A DNA stretch of 64,000 bases from NCBI GenBank assembly GCA_037447605.1, contig CM074820.1:1612001-1676000 (forward strand). The letters are read 5' to 3'. Within the stretch, counting starts at the first letter, position 1. The number at the start of each line of letters is the position of its first letter. The position numbers were made by a program, and so were the translations under genes. This document shows positions 48,351-62,793 of the stretch, piece after piece. The notes beneath the pieces were generated by a model, which worked only from the letters and a program-made list of their open reading frames with translations, had not been told where the DNA came from and did not search any database. The DNA comes from Zygnema circumcarinatum SAG 698-1b (lineage: Eukaryota > Plantae > Zygnematophyceae).

Positions 48351-51300
48351 ATGGCGATGCGGCGGAGGAGAGCGGGCCTCCTCCTCGTCACTATGGCCTC
48401 GGCAGTCATGGCGTGGCAGGTCCTCTCTCTCTCTCTCCCTCTCTCTCTCGCCCTCTCTCTCTCTGTTTCTCCCTCTCTCTCTCCCCTCTCTGTGCATGAT
48501 GATACTTGCCAGGCTTCACCCCTCCCTCTCTCTCTTTCTCTCGCTCTCTCTCTCCCCTCTCTGTGGACAATCCCACTTGCCGGCCTCCCTCCCTGCCCTC
48601 TCCCTTGCCCTTTCCCACTCTCTCTCCCCACACTCCTCCCCCCCTCCCTCTCTCACTCCCCCCCTAAAAGCACTTCCTCTCATTCTCTCTGTCTCCCTTC
48701 CTCACATTCACCCCCCCTTTTCTTCCCTCCCCTCCTCCCTCTCCCCACCCTCTCCCTTTCTGTCTCTCGCTCTTATCCTCCTCACTCCCCCTCTCCCACC
48801 CCCCGTCTCTCTCTCTTTCTCCCCCTCACTCTCTCTGTCGCTCCCCCCCCTCCTCTCTCTCTCTCTCTCTCCCTCTCCCACTCCCTCCCTCTCTCTCAGG
48901 TCATAAGCAAAGCACTGCTCGTGCAAGACAGTTCCGTACATCCACTTCCCTCCAGAAATTCCTTCAATTCGAGAAAAAAAAATTCCAGTTCTGCCCTTCT
49001 GGAAGTCAAACGGATCGAGTTTCGGCGCCTGCCCGGAAAAAAAAAGCCTCTCTTTATTCCCGAGAAAAAGACAAAAAGAAAACCGAAAATTTCTATTGGC
49101 ACGGCCCAGGTACCTCTCACAGCCGCTGAAAAATAATCGATTTTTTAAATTAAAGAAAGAAAAAACTGAAAAGAAGAAAAAAACAAGAGAAGGAAGGGGC
49201 AGAGTTTTTGAGCGGCTTTACAGAAGAGAAAGTGGCACTTTTCTATTGTAGTTTGTAATTTTTAAAAATAGAATTGTTATTTTTTTCTCATTGTGAATTA
49301 CAGGAAGTCGAGGTTCAAGTTCATTATGAAAAACCGCTGGAAGATCCTCCCTACCGATTGGACGCCACGTGTCCCTCTCCGAACCGGGTCCAATCAGAGG
49401 CTGCCACCTGGCAGCAGCGCACTTTCAAAGAGCATCCTGCAAGTGGGTTTGTTCAATTCAGGTGGGCCCTCTTATGCAATTATTATCTAAATATATTTTT
49501 CCAACAACTTTGGAGTAGTGAAAAGTTCACCGGGTGTCTTGAACTTACACAATTTCCTCTCCCACTCCCTCTCTTCCTCTCTCCCTCTCTCCCTCTCTCC
49601 CTCCCTGCTCTCCCCCTCCTATTCCTTTCTCCCCTCCCCTCTCCCTCTCATACTCTGTCCCCATTCTCTCTTTCTTCCCCCCTCCTCTCTATTCTCTCTC
49701 CCTCTCTCTTTTTCTCTCTCTCTTTCTCCCTCTCCCTCCCTCTCCCTTTCTCTCCCTTCCCCCATCTCCCTGTCTCCTCCCCATTCTCTTCCTCGTCCTT
49801 CCCTTTCTGTCCCCCCTCTCTCTCCCCCTTCTCTCTCCCCATCTGCCTCTCTCTCCCCCCACTCTTCCTTTCTCTCGCTCTCCCTCCCTCCCTCCCTCCC
49901 TCTCTCCGTATCTCTCCCTCTCTCTCTCCCTCTCCCTCGCTCCCTCTCTCTCCCCCTCCCTCTCCCTCCCCCAGCGCCTACCGCATGGGGTCCACCCGCT
50001 TCGCCGCCATTGGTCTGCAGAACAGGACGTGCGACCGCCACGTGGCGGGGCGGCCCATGGAACGGCCCGCCACATCGACCCGTCAGTTCCGTTACTCCGT
50101 TGAACTGAACGGCAGCGATTCCGTCTGCCAATGGCGGGACGCTGTGGGGCCCACAATTTTCGGACGGCTCGAATTTCTGTACTCGTGGGAACACCACGAC
50201 CAGGAGGTGGGGCTCGCTCGCCTCTCTCCCTCCCTCTCTCTCTCTCTCTCTCTCTAGCTCTTTCTCTCTCGTCTCTCTTTCTCTCACTCCCTCCCTTTCT
50301 CTTGCTCTCTCTCTACCTCCCTCTCCCTCATGTCACGTGCCTCCGTGTCCCTCCCTCCCCCCCATTTTTTCCCCTACCTCTCCCTTCTTTCCCCCCTCCT
50401 TTCTCCCTCTATCTCTCTCGTTTCTCTCTTCTCTCTCTCTCTCTCACTCTCTCCCACTCTCTTCCGCTCTCCTACCTTCCCCTTCGTCCTGTTGCGTGTC
50501 TCCCTGCCCCCTCTCTCCCTCCCTCACCCTCCTTGCCTCTCTACCTCTCCCTCCCCTCTCTCCCTNNNNNNNNNNCCCACTCCCTCCCTCTCTCTCAGGT
50601 CATAAGCAAAGCACTGCTCGTGCAAGACAGTTCCGTACATCCACTTCCCTCCAGAAATTCCTTCAATTCGAGAAAAAAAAATTCCAGTTCTGCCCTTCTG
50701 GAAGTCAAACGGATCGAGTTTCGGCGCCTGCCCGGAAAAAAAAAGCCTCTCTTTATTCCCGAGAAAAAGACAAAAAGAAAACCGAAAATTTCTATTGGCA
50801 CGGCCCAGGTACCTCTCACAGCCGCTGAAAAATAATCGATTTTTTAAATTAAAGAAAGAAAAAACTGAAAAGAAGAAAAAAACAAGAGAAGGAAGGGGCA
50901 GAGTTTTTGAGCGGCTTTACAGAAGAGAAAGTGGCACTTTTCTATTGTAGTTTGTAATTTTTAAAAATAGAATTGTTATTTTTTTCTCATTGTGAATTAC
51001 AGGAAGTCGAGGTTCAAGTTCATTATGAAAAACCGCTGGAAGATCCTCCCTACCGATTGGACGCCACGTGTCCCTCTCCGAACCGGGTCCAATCAGAGGC
51101 TGCCACCTGGCAGCAGCGCACTTTCAAAGAGCATCCTGCAAGTGGGTTTGTTCAATTCAGGTGGGCCCTCTTATGCAATTATTATCTAAATATATTTTTC
51201 CAACAACTTTGGAGTAGTGAAAAGTTCACCGGGTGTCTTGAACTTACACAATTTCCTCTCCCACTCCCTCTCTTCCTCTCTCCCTCTCTCCCTCTCTCCC

Positions 51301-54291
51301 TCCCTGCTCTCCCCCTCCTATTCCTTTCTCCCCTCCCCTCTCCCTCTCATACTCTGTCCCCATTCTCTCTTTCTTCCCCCCTCCTCTCTATTCTCTCTCC
51401 CTCTCTCTTTTTCTCTCTCTCTTTCTCCCTCTCCCTCCCTCTCCCTTTCTCTCCCTTCCCCCATCTCCCTGTCTCCTCCCCATTCTCTTCCTCGTCCTTC
51501 CCTTTCTGTCCCCCCTCTCTCTCCCCCTTCTCTCTCCCCATCTGCCTCTCTCTCCCCCCACTCTTCCTTTCTCTCGCTCTCCCTCCCTCCCTCCCTCCCT
51601 CTCTCCGTATCTCTCCCTCTCTCTCTCCCTCTCCCTCGCTCCCTCTCTCTCCCCCTCCCTCTCCCTCCCCCAGCGCCTACCGCATGGGGTCCACCCGCTT
51701 CGCCGCCATTGGTCTGCAGAACAGGACGTGCGACCGCCACGTGGCGGGGCGGCCCATGGAACGGCCCGCCACATCGACCCGTCAGTTCCGTTACTCCGTT
51801 GAACTGAACGGCAGCGATTCCGTCTGCCAATGGCGGGACGCTGTGGGGCCCACAATTTTCGGACGGCTCGAATTTCTGTACTCGTGGGAACACCACGACC
51901 AGGAGGTGGGGCTCGCTCGCCTCTCTCCCTCCCTCTCTCTCTCTCTCTCTCTCTAGCTCTTTCTCTCTCGTCTCTCTTTCTCTCACTCCCTCCCTTTCTC
52001 TTGCTCTCTCTCTACCTCCCTCTCCCTCCTTGTCTCTCTACCTCTCCCTCCCTCTCCCTCCCTCCCTCCCTCTCTCCCTCCCTCTCTCCCTCTCTCCCTC
52101 CCTCCCTCTCTCCCTCCCTCCCTCTCTCCGTATCTCTCCCTCTCTCTATCTCTCCCTCTCTTTATCTCTCCCTCTCTTTATCTCTCCCCCTCTCTCTCTC
52201 CCTCCCTCCCTCTCTCTATCTCTCCCTCCCTCACCCTCCTTGCCTCTCTACCTCTCCCTCCCCTCTCTCCCTCCCTCACCCTCCTTGTCTCTCTACCTCT
52301 CCCTCCCCTCTCTCCCTCCCTCACCCTCCTTGCCTCTCTACCTCTCCCTCCCCTCTCTCCCTTAATCCGTTAAACGGAAACTGTGCAGATGGAAACCCTA
52401 ACAGTTCAGTGCATATTGGAGGCCCCCACAAGCACGTGCGGCGGAATTTTGGAGGGAAATTTTCAAGGAGAAAATGTTGTCCTATTCCAAGAATGGCCCG
52501 GAGAGGTACATCTGCAAATTTTCAAATCTAAAAGAATTTTTTTTTTTGTTTTGTTCAATAGTAAAAGGCACATTGAAAGGAAGGAAAATGGACTCATTCT
52601 TTTTGTTGCCTTTCTCCATTACTTCCCTTTCATTTCCTTTTTTTATTTCCTTTTTCTTCCCCTTTTTTGGGGCAGGTTAAGCATCCCCAACATCACTTTT
52701 TCCCCTCCAACATCACTTTTTGCTCGCCGACTTTACATACCGATCTGAGGCGGGAGGCGGTAATAGAGTGGATTTGGTACCATGACGTCATCACACGTGT
52801 GAACAAGTACATATTGTACGACTCAGGCGTGTGGAATGCTGAGCTGGCAGTCCCCCTAGCGCGACACGTGGCGACCGGAGTCATAGAGCTGACCGACTTT
52901 TCCGGGCAGGAAAAATATCCCACTTGGTTTCATTCTCAGGTGGTTCCCGGAAACCTTCTGAAGCCCAATAAAAGCTCAATAAAAATTTACAGAACTGACC
53001 CCTTTTTTCCACCCCTTTCTAACCCCATTTTTTCATTTTTTTTTTTCTTCTTTTCTGGTTTCTTCTCTTAAACCAGATGCTCGCCCTCCAAGACTGCATT
53101 TACAGAACGAGATTTTCCTCTAAGTGGATTTTTGTGGCGGATTTTGACGAATATTTAGAACCGGTACCCCCCTTCTCCCTGCCCTCCCTTTTGGCCAAAT
53201 ACGAGCACAAGGCGTGGCTCTCCTTCGGCGGAGTTTGGTGGGACATCAATTTGTGCGAACCCGAAAAAAAATCGGAAAAAAATTTGGACCGAAAAACCAG
53301 GTTTGCGATCGAAAACCTGGTTTTCCGCGCGGACGGGTTTTTTTGCGCGCGGGCAGCCCCGCCGGGCGGGCGGACGTGCACGAGGGGGAGGGCGGACTGG
53401 CCGGGCAGCGTCTGCAAAAAACTTTTTGGGGAACTTTGCGACGCGCATTTCGGGCGGCGAAAGTTTTTTGTCAATCCTCGGAAGGTGGTGGTAGCCCCTG
53501 ACACCCTGAACCCTAAACCCTAAAGCCTCAACCCTAACGGCTAACCTTAAACCTTGAAGCTTAAACCCTAAACCCTGACGCCTACCCACTAAACCCTAAC
53601 CCCGCAACCCGAAACCCTAATTCTCTAAACCTTAACGCCTACCCCCTAACCCCGAAACCCTAAACCCTAACACCTCCCCCCTAAACCCTAACCCCTCAAC
53701 CCTTAGCTCTAAATCCTAACAACTCTAACCCCATAACCCCTGAACCCTAGCCCCGCAACCCTAAACCCTAAACTCTAAACCCTAACGCCTACCCCCTACA
53801 CCGTAACCCCTCAACAGTAACCGCTAAATCCTAACAACCCTAACCCCCTAACCCCTAAACCCTAACCCCAAAACCCTAAACCCTAACGCCTACCTCCTAT
53901 ACCCTAACCCCGAAACCCTAAACTCTAAACGCTAACCCCATCCCCCTAAACCCAAAGCCCTAAATCCTAAACCCTAAACTTTAAACCCCACCCCCTCCCC
54001 CCTAAACCCTACCCCCCGAAGCTGTCGCAGGTGGACCTTGCGGGCATCCACGAGGTGTTGGAGCCGCGCGGCAACGGCGTCTCCCTGAACGCGCGCACTC
54101 AGTTCCGTTTGAACCACTTCCGCTGGCTCGCCTCGCAGCGCGCCGTTCCGTTTTTCTGCAACGGAACGGAGGACGGAGGACATGGAGAGGAGGGGGAGGG
54201 CCCGTGGGTGCGCGACTTGGGCCTCGCGGAGAAGGGGCGGAGGGCGAGGGAGGCGAAGAGCCAATGGGAGAGGGAGGGGCAGGATTGGTGA
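48351..54291 (+). CDS. Glycosyltransferase family 92 (DUF23), galactan beta-1,4-galactosyltransferase GALS-like, type II membrane protein
   Basis: N-terminal MAMRRRRAGLLLVTMASAVMAWQV; AYRMGSTRFAAIGL; ITFCSPTLHTDLRREAVIEWIWYHD..YILYDSG; SQ|MLALQDCIYRTRFSSKWIFVADFDEYL (DxD); GRRKFFVNPRK|VDLAGIHEV..FRLNHFR. Two or more exons are duplicated by the artefact at 48880..52030. Confidence 0.85.
48880..52030. other. Near-identical ~1.45-1.7-kb direct duplication (offset 1699) across N gap 50566..50575; probable assembly artefact
   Basis: Identical ORFs 49274..50257 and 50973..51956; the copies diverge only in the CT-rich tract next to the gap. Confidence 0.85.
53510..54010 (-). repeat. Telomere-like (AAACCCT)n tract in the last GT92 intron
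   Basis: Dense aaaccct/aacccct units. Confidence 0.9.
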
Positions 54292-54343
54292 GAGTTTTGT
54301 GTATGTAAAAAATATTTTTATGTATATGAAAATTATTTTTAGT

Positions 54344-54487
54344 AATAGGGTCTACTTACACACCTTTTTTGGGTAGATACACAACTTTTTTCACCGGTCT
54401 GATTTTATTTTAGGGCTTTTAGAGTTTTTAGGTTTTTTTTTTAAAGGTGTGTATCTAGCCAAAAAAGGTGTGTGAATAGCAAATTCC
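54344..54487. mobile_element. ~144-bp MITE, copy 2 (same family as 44084..44228)
   Basis: ctacttacacacctttttt..ccggtctgattttattttag..aaaaaaggtgtgtgaatagcaaattcc aligns with copy 1. Confidence 0.75.
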
Positions 54488-55404
54488 TTACAGTATTATT
54501 ATTATTATTATTATTTTTTGAGGAGAGTGGTATTTTTTTTGGGGTTGGGCGTTTGGTTTTAACCCAAAGCAAAACCTTAAGAAGGATTTTGTTTGCCCTT
54601 GCTTTTCTATTTTCATTTTTGGGCCTTCGCTGATGAGTGAGTGGTGTTGGGGGGGGTGGGGGTGCAGAGCCCAAATCTGTAAATTTTTGAGGGAATCGGG
54701 GCTTCAAATTTTCAGAAGATTTGAAATTTAGTTTGTTCTAAACGCTTGTATTATTTTTTTTTTGGGGTAATTTGAACGAAGGTTGGTTTATCGGTTTGAA
54801 TGTTGGATTATTTTATTTTTATTTTTCCTTTGTTTGATTCGAATGAGATTAGTTTTTTTTTTTGAAATGGTTTTGTTGTGTGCCGTTCATTTGAACCTTT
54901 TTTAAACTGACCGGTTAACTTAACGCCCTCAAACAATGAAAACGGTGAAAGTTTTCAGATCGAAACTTTTCAGGGCTGTTGGTAGAATATCAAGATTTGT
55001 AAAATTTTAGGATCAAAAAGTTATTTTTCACTGCCCGCTTGCGAATCCTGCCCCGAAAAAAAATCCAAACTAGTCCATCCGTTTACTTAACTATGGAGAT
55101 TCCGGTTCGAAACATTTCAGCCATGCTGCCCGAAACGAATCTAACTAGATTTTAAAATTTTTTGATGTTTCCTGACGATACAGTACTCGAAACTAGTACC
55201 GTATATGCTTCCAAGACAATACTAAAGAGGAGACGAGCCAAAACCAAAGTACTGCTTCTGGAAAACAGTTTCAAAACGAAATGTCAAAATCTTGGCACGG
55301 CTTGTGTTGCCGTTTTTCAAAGCACGGGCTGCCCAGAACGAAAAATAAGCAGAAAAAAAAAATTGAGTTCCGGCCCAAAGGTTGGAACTTGCAAGCAGTT
55401 GCAA

Positions 55405-58400
55405 ATGTCTGCAGGCGGAGGCTCTCTGCAGATTCTGAAGCAGGCCATGGATTCAGCGCGCGCTGCAGATGTTGCTTCAGCCATGGAATGCCTGCTTGCA
55501 GATGCAATATTTTCCTGCGCGCATGGTGCGGATGTGCGGGAGGAGACGAAAAGAATTGTTGTAAACATGCAACTTGAGAAACCTGCAGAGAGAAACAGTG
55601 CGCTTTTGCGGTTCAGTGTGAGTCACACAGGTCCGGGAGTGAAGAAAGAAGCAGTGCAGGAACGTATGAAGCAGATTTTTGCTTTCAACAAGCAGCAAGA
55701 TGAAAGTGATCGGTTGACGGTGGCAGGGGCAACATGGCGTAAACTCACTACTCCTGAATCTTCAAATGTTTTCGTTTTTCATTTATCGAATGGAAAGCTT
55801 GACCTGCCTTATGTGTGGACAGGCTGTTCCGTGCTTCAAAGGAAACTGTGAATCAAATACGCTCTGCTAATAAATAGAAGACAAAAACTGATTGCGAACG
55901 TCAATGATGATGATTATAATGATTTCTTGTGAATGATTTACCTTTTTTTTATTTCGCAGAAGGAGATGTGTCTTTTATCACCACAGGTGAGTACAGCTTG
56001 CAATTTTTTTTCCTACATGCTCTGAAAATCTGCTCAATTTCGCACATTCTTTTCATTATATTTCACACAGCAAAGAAATGATGCGGTTGATAGTGATTTC
56101 TTCTTGTGCAGATCTTGATGAAGAAATGATGCGATGCTACTCGGTGACACTATCAAACGAGGGGAAGGTCGTTAGCATTGCTCAAATGCCATCTGTAGAA
56201 AAATGCGGATATTATTCAGGAATTGAATCATCCTTCAAAGCGGGAGGCTGCATTGAAGACATCGCATATCACGCCGTTTACCTTTTGGAGAAGGTAGTTA
56301 CTGCTTCCTGGATGTTCCAAACTCTCGTCCTGGATGACCTCTCTAAACCTGGACGGGCGTTGCAGCCAGATTCATGCAATGCTTCAATAATTCATGCTGT
56401 GAGAGGCAAGTAGTTCAGGGACAGAGCAAGAATATTATCTCCAATCCATCAATGACTGAGTTAACCTTTGTCAAACCAACAAAACAATAAGCACCAGCGA
56501 AATTTCAAAACACGCTTTCATGGTTGTCTGTCGATGTGTATGTCGTTTGTTGTTTTCACGGAAAGCGTTGTTGTTGCTGCAGATGGCTCTTCTGCGCACA
56601 AACGTACGCCGACGTGCACTGTGTTCCTAACGGGAGAGCTGTGCCTACAGCGCTAATTTGCATACATTGCTTTCGGCTCAACTAAGAAATTGCAAACTGA
56701 AAACTTCAAATTTCGAACAGCAAATTTCAAACTGCCAACTTTAAACTTCAAAGCAAACTGCAAACTGCTCACTGCAAGCATTAAACTGCAAACTGCACAC
56801 TGCAAGCATTAAACTGCAAACTTCACACGTCCAACTGTAAACTAAGGGCTCTTCCTAATCGCATTTGGAAATGAAGCTCAGAATACCACTTACTGACTTT
56901 TTGAGATCCGACGTTTGTGCAGGTGCTAGTGGATTTGCACATGAAGAATTTTAGTGAGTCCACAATCGAGCACATATGGGCCGGCAGAGACGGCTTGCAA
57001 CAATTGTGTGCGGTGAACAATGTTGGAGATGTGACTGTCTTGCTACACAAAGGTGTTCAGATCCCGGCGGACATTTGTAGCTTGAGTCGCTTCCAAAGCG
57101 GAGTGCAAGAAGACTGTGAACAGGATGCAGCAGCACGCATCGTGTCACTCTTACCAGATAGGTCTCTCCCTCCCTCCCTCTCTCCCTTCCTCCCTCCCTC
57201 CCTCCCACCTTCCTTCCTTCCTTTGCACTTCTACCTGCTCGAAGGAGTAATGACTGTAAGACTTAAGTTCATTGGAACTCAAGCTTGAGCTGAGGTTTAT
57301 GAGACACTGCCATTGCTTACATGCTTCTCTTTTCTCTCCTGTTCCTACTCCCAGGGATGACGCAGATGCATATTGGATCACATGCGCTGGCCAGTCCGGA
57401 TTTGATGCCGGCGCCTGCGATACTCCGTGGACCCTCCAATGCATCATTTCCGCCACTTTCTGCGAATCATGTCTCCATTTGGAGAATCAGCAACCTGCCC
57501 GGGTACATCTCATACAACCAGCGTAATTTCGTCCTTTTCCTTCTTTTAACTTCTGTTTAAATCGCCACGTTGCAACGAGATTTTTCCTCTCTCTCTCTCC
57601 CTTCCCCTCCTCTCTCTCCCTCGCTCGCTCTCTCTAATTCTGTTTGGATTTTCGCAGGTGTACTTATTTTCCGACTGGTTTATCTCTCAGCCAGACGCAG
57701 CGTTCATGAAGGTGCTGAAGAACAAAGTGAATTGGAAACGATTCGGACTTGAAGTGACTGAAGCTGTCTCGACGCCGCATGGATACGGTCTGATAAACTT
57801 TGAGGGCCAAGGCTTCCCTGGAGTCGTGGATATCTATTTCCATAGATATGCGGAAGATATCCTTCTCTGATCTTCGATGTATTGTGAATTCAAACTGTCT
57901 ACAAGATGTTCCTTTTTCATGGAAGTTCTCCTTCTCTCTTCTCCCCTCCCCCCTTCGCCCCCCTCCCATCTCTCTCTCTTCATTTTTGGATTACCTTTCT
58001 AGGTGTTTATTTCCTTCAGTTTTTTAAGCGTATTTGTGCTATTCGATATTCAATGAACAGAAAAGTTTTGGGAATGACTTGAATTGACTTGACTTGACTT
58101 GCAATCACGGAGCCGATACCAGAAACTTTCATGGCAGACTTTGGTAAAACTTGCGAAGGCGACAACTGAGACGGCGTTGAATGAGCTGAAGGCGAAGCAG
58201 CCCCTCCTGCTTTCCAGCAAGCATCAGTCAAAGGTGGCGCAACTGGAAACTAAAACCACTAGTCGGAATGAGTTAACTATGTCTTAGCTATGACTGCTTT
58301 CCTGAATTTTCAGTGAGAAGATTACTATGTGCAATCCTCTTTATGAACTTCTTCTTATTTTATATATTACTATTATTCTTTCACTTGGTGGATGCAGGTT

Positions 58401-58784
58401 CGGAAATGCGTCCCTGATCTCTCCCGCTGCATCGCCGGCATCGTCAAATCGTCAAAAAATGCATCATTTCAGCAGGAGTGTTTGCAGATCCTGGGCTTAA
58501 ACTGGGACGACCTTGAAGACCTTCACCAAGAGATAGAGGTCAAACTGGGTAACATCGTTTCCCAGTTGGACGATGAAGAAGAAAATGCCAACATTTCTAA
58601 AAGAGGGAAAAAACGCAATAAGGGAAAACGCATAGACGAGGAGGTCGAGTTTGGGCCCGCCTATGGAGAGGAAGACCTGCAGGAAATGGAGGCTGACTAT
58701 ATGTGTGAAGATGACTATGATGGTTTGGATGAGGCGGCGGAAGACGGCAATAATGGAGATAACAATGTATGGAGGTACTTGTAA
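55405..58784 (+). CDS. MTOPVIB: Meiotic topoisomerase VI B-like subunit (SPO11 partner), multi-exon
   Basis: LLRFSVSHTGPG (GHKL DTGxG-like); GDVSFITT; DEEMMRCYSVTL..YYSGIESSF; FMKVLKNKVNWKRFGL; ETALNELKAKQPLLLSSKHQSK|VRKCVPDLSRCIAGIVKSSKNASFQQECLQILG; acidic tail. These parallel Arabidopsis MTOPVIB as recalled (KKIDWKKYGL; ALDNLKAKH..LLSS..YVPDLARSIAGLI.SS..FQ.DCL.VLG). Confidence 0.85.
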
Positions 58785-59954
58785 TTTGTTCCTTTTATTT
58801 GGCTTTATTTAGCACGGGTGGGTATCCATTGAGGGCGCGCACTGGCGCATGATCCAATCGTAGCTGGCCACGTCAGATTGAATGCACACATCGCAACTTT
58901 GCATTGGTCCATGCTTTGATACCTCGAGAGGAAAATGAACCCTACCATATGAGGAGGCAGGAGATAGACAAGCATTTTCAGTGATTTTTTTTTTTTTCAA
59001 TGGTAGTTACGACATGTTTCAGTCTTGAGTTTATAATATACCGTACAGTGACAGTTACTTGTTACTGGTTACAGTTACAATTCAGTTTTGCAGTTTTTGA
59101 AGGCATGGCTCAATAGCCAGACATTAACGATCGCCGCAAGAGCTTGAAACCTTAAAAGTCTGTAACTTACGAATCGTCCAATCTCTATATATGGTGTAGT
59201 AGTAAGGAGAGGGTGGGGGGGAATGTGGCATTGATCTCACGAAGTAGAAAGAGGTACTCCATACATATTCATTTTTAAGGGTTTTAGGGTTCAGGAGTTA
59301 CAGTTCACACGGGTGGGAGATTAGGGAGCCTGTTTGACGATCCGAGGTTTAAGGTTTCAGAATTTGCAGAGTATGCGAAGTTTAAGAGTCCAAAGTTTGG
59401 TAGACACCCTGACTGTTCTCAGCTGTTTCCTTGTACAAGCACAAGTTCAGTTCTTCAGTTTGTTCAGTTCTTTACCCATGTACCGCCCAGATCAGTCGCT
59501 TCCATCTTACGTCCACTCCAAAACCCCTTAAACATAAACATCAACTCATTAAACTAAAATTTAGGGTTCAGATTCAAGAGCACACACCTCCCAATCCTCA
59601 CACTCCATTCCATCCAATTTTGCTCACATGTGCAACAGCTTGCACTCCAACCGTTACATGTGTCACAGCATCATCCAGAACCCTGAAAGGGAAAAAGCAA
59701 AAAAAAAAAACCCCAAATCCACTCCACTTCTCCTCCCAAACCGTCTCTTCAAAAAAGTAAAAAGAAAAATGCGAACAGAAAAACCGCGAGCCAATCCGTC
59801 CAATCGTCCCCGTCAAAAATATCCGTTAACTGAACCAACAAAACGTCTCCCGAATAGCATAGGAAGCCCTCCTCCGACCCAAACAAATCCTTCAAGAGCC
59901 TCAAAACCCTTCAAACCCTAAACCCTAAACCCTGAACCCGAGCTCCTCTCCCCC

Positions 59955-61482
59955 TCACAGCGTGTACTTCCCAGGCTGCGGCGGCCCCATTGGAGCCGAC
60001 ACCGCCGTTGCCTCCTCCAATATTCGCTTAATCTCCACCTTCGCCTTCTTCACCGACTCCGCCGTGGGGCCCTCTATAAAGAGATAAAGCTTCTTTTCTC
60101 CCGCCGGAAGCAGCTTCCCGGGGGGGTAATACTGCCCTCTGGTAGTAATCGCCGCCCCGGTCCACTCATTGATCTGACTCAACGCATCTTTATGGGTCAC
60201 CTTCCACCTCGCATGTTGTGGAAAATCGTTGATCTCAAGCTCCGCCTCATAGTGCTCCGGAACAACCTCTTGTTGAAGTTTCGACATGTTGTGTTGTAGG
60301 TTTAACGCGGCGGCAAAAGCAGCCGCTCTAGAGGCACCCTCGTTTCCACTAGCGGCCGCCGCGGCCTGAATGGCGGCATTGGCGTTAGAGGCACCACCCA
60401 AACCCATAGCGGCGGCTATGGCCCCGATTCCAGGCAGGCCTCCGGCGGCCAATGGGGGCACGCCAAGTATGCCTGGAACCATGCCAGATGTCATCCCCTG
60501 AATGGCTCCCCCCATCCCGGCCGCTGCCAGCCGTTGATTTATCATCGCTTGGATCTGCTGTTGGGCTGTTTGGAGCCCCCCTGAACCCCCTCCTTGACTG
60601 CCACTTGGCGACTGCATAAGCCCTGCTTTGGCGGCGGCTGCTAATGCTGCTGCTTGGACAGCTGTCACTGCCTGATTGGCTCCCCCAGTCCCTTCTACCT
60701 TCCTTATCCCCTCACTATCTGACTCATCATCCGAGTCAGCTCCCTCTTCCTCTACTCCATACTCTCTTGCTTGAGCTTTCTTAACTGCTTTCCGAGCTTC
60801 TTCCTCTTCCTCATTGAACTTAAACCCACTCCCTCCATAGCCACTCCCATGTGCCTGTACCTCTCCTGACTTGACTTTCTCCATAAAGTCATCAGCTAGT
60901 TTCTTAAGGTCTTCCGGAATGGGCTGCTCTGATAGGTCCAAAGCCTTGACTAAGTCAGGAGCATATCTCTCCTCTTCTGGAGAGATAAAGGTGACCGAAA
61001 AACCTTTTCTCCCTGCCCGTCCGGTCCTCCCCACCCTATGCACGTAATCCTCATAGTGATTTGGGACATCGAAATTTACCACGAGTTCAAGTTCTTTCAC
61101 ATCTAGCCCTCTCGCTGCAACGCTTGTAGCAATCATAATGTTGCAAACATTGGCTTTAAAATCTGCCAAAGTTTCTTCTCTGTCAGTTTGATCTTTTGCT
61201 CCGTGTAAGGAGAGACAAGGGTAGCCCTTTCCCATGAGTTCTTTGAACAGCCAATCACATTTGTCCTGCGAGTGAACAAATATCAAAATTTTTCCCTTTT
61301 CATACCATTCTCCCAGAAGCTCAAGAAGTCGCAAAAAGCGTTGCTCGCCCTCAGGGCGGACCTCCACCGTTTGAGCAATGTCTTTGTTCACAACGCTGCG
61401 CCCTCCCACCTGCATGCAAAGGACACTGGAGTAAGTCTCTCTCGTAAGGGGTCTCTCTCTCCGTTTCTCTCTCTCTCTCTCG

Positions 61483-61513
<31 letters not shown>

Positions 61514-62760
61514 CCTCTCTTTCTCTCTCACTTTCTTTGTCTCTCTCAAAACCTGTATCTGTCTAGGTGATTGCTCTCCTGCCACTCACTCACCTTCTGA
61601 CACCAGTCTCTTCCATACACTCAGTCTCTCACTCTGAAATTTCGTTCTCCTTCTCTCCTCCCCTCTTATCCCTCTGTCCTCTCACATTCTCCACGCCCTA
61701 TCCCTCTTCGTCTTGCCTCATCTCTCCCTTCACCTCTCCCTCTTCCCCCTCTCCCCGCTCCCCCCCACCCCCCTTCCTTCCCCCTCTCCTCCNNNNNNNN
61801 NNTGCCAGCCGTTGATTTATCATCGCTTGGATCTGCTGTTGGGCTGTTTGGAGCCCCCCTGAACCCCCTCCTTGACTGCCACTTGGCGACTGCATAAGCC
61901 CTGCTTTGGCGGCGGCTGCTAATGCTGCTGCTTGGACAGCTGTCACTGCCTGATTGGCTCCCCCAGTCCCTTCTACCTTCCTTATCCCCTCACTATCTGA
62001 CTCATCATCCGAGTCAGCTCCCTCTTCCTCTACTCCATACTCTCTTGCTTGAGCTTTCTTAACTGCTTTCCGAGCTTCTTCCTCTTCCTCATTGAACTTA
62101 AACCCACTCCCTCCATAGCCACTCCCATGTGCCTGTACCTCTCCTGACTTGACTTTCTCCATAAAGTCATCAGCTAGTTTCTTAAGGTCTTCCGGAATGG
62201 GCTGCTCTGATAGGTCCAAAGCCTTGACTAAGTCAGGAGCATATCTCTCCTCTTCTGGAGAGATAAAGGTGACCGAAAAACCTTTTCTCCCTGCCCGTCC
62301 GGTCCTCCCCACCCTATGCACGTAATCCTCATAGTGATTTGGGACATCGAAATTTACCACGAGTTCAAGTTCTTTCACATCTAGCCCTCTCGCTGCAACG
62401 CTTGTAGCAATCATAATGTTGCAAACATTGGCTTTAAAATCTGCCAAAGTTTCTTCTCTGTCAGTTTGATCTTTTGCTCCGTGTAAGGAGAGACAAGGGT
62501 AGCCCTTTCCCATGAGTTCTTTGAACAGCCAATCACATTTGTCCTGCGAGTGAACAAATATCAAAATTTTTCCCTTTTCATACCATTCTCCCAGAAGCTC
62601 AAGAAGTCGCAAAAAGCGTTGCTCGCCCTCAGGGCGGACCTCCACCGTTTGAGCAATGTCTTTGTTCACAACGCTGCGCCCTCCCACCTGCATGCAAAGG
62701 ACACTGGAGTAAGTCTCTCTCGTAAGGGGTCTCTCTCTCCGTTTCTCTCTCTCTCTCTCG

Positions 62761-62793
<33 letters not shown>

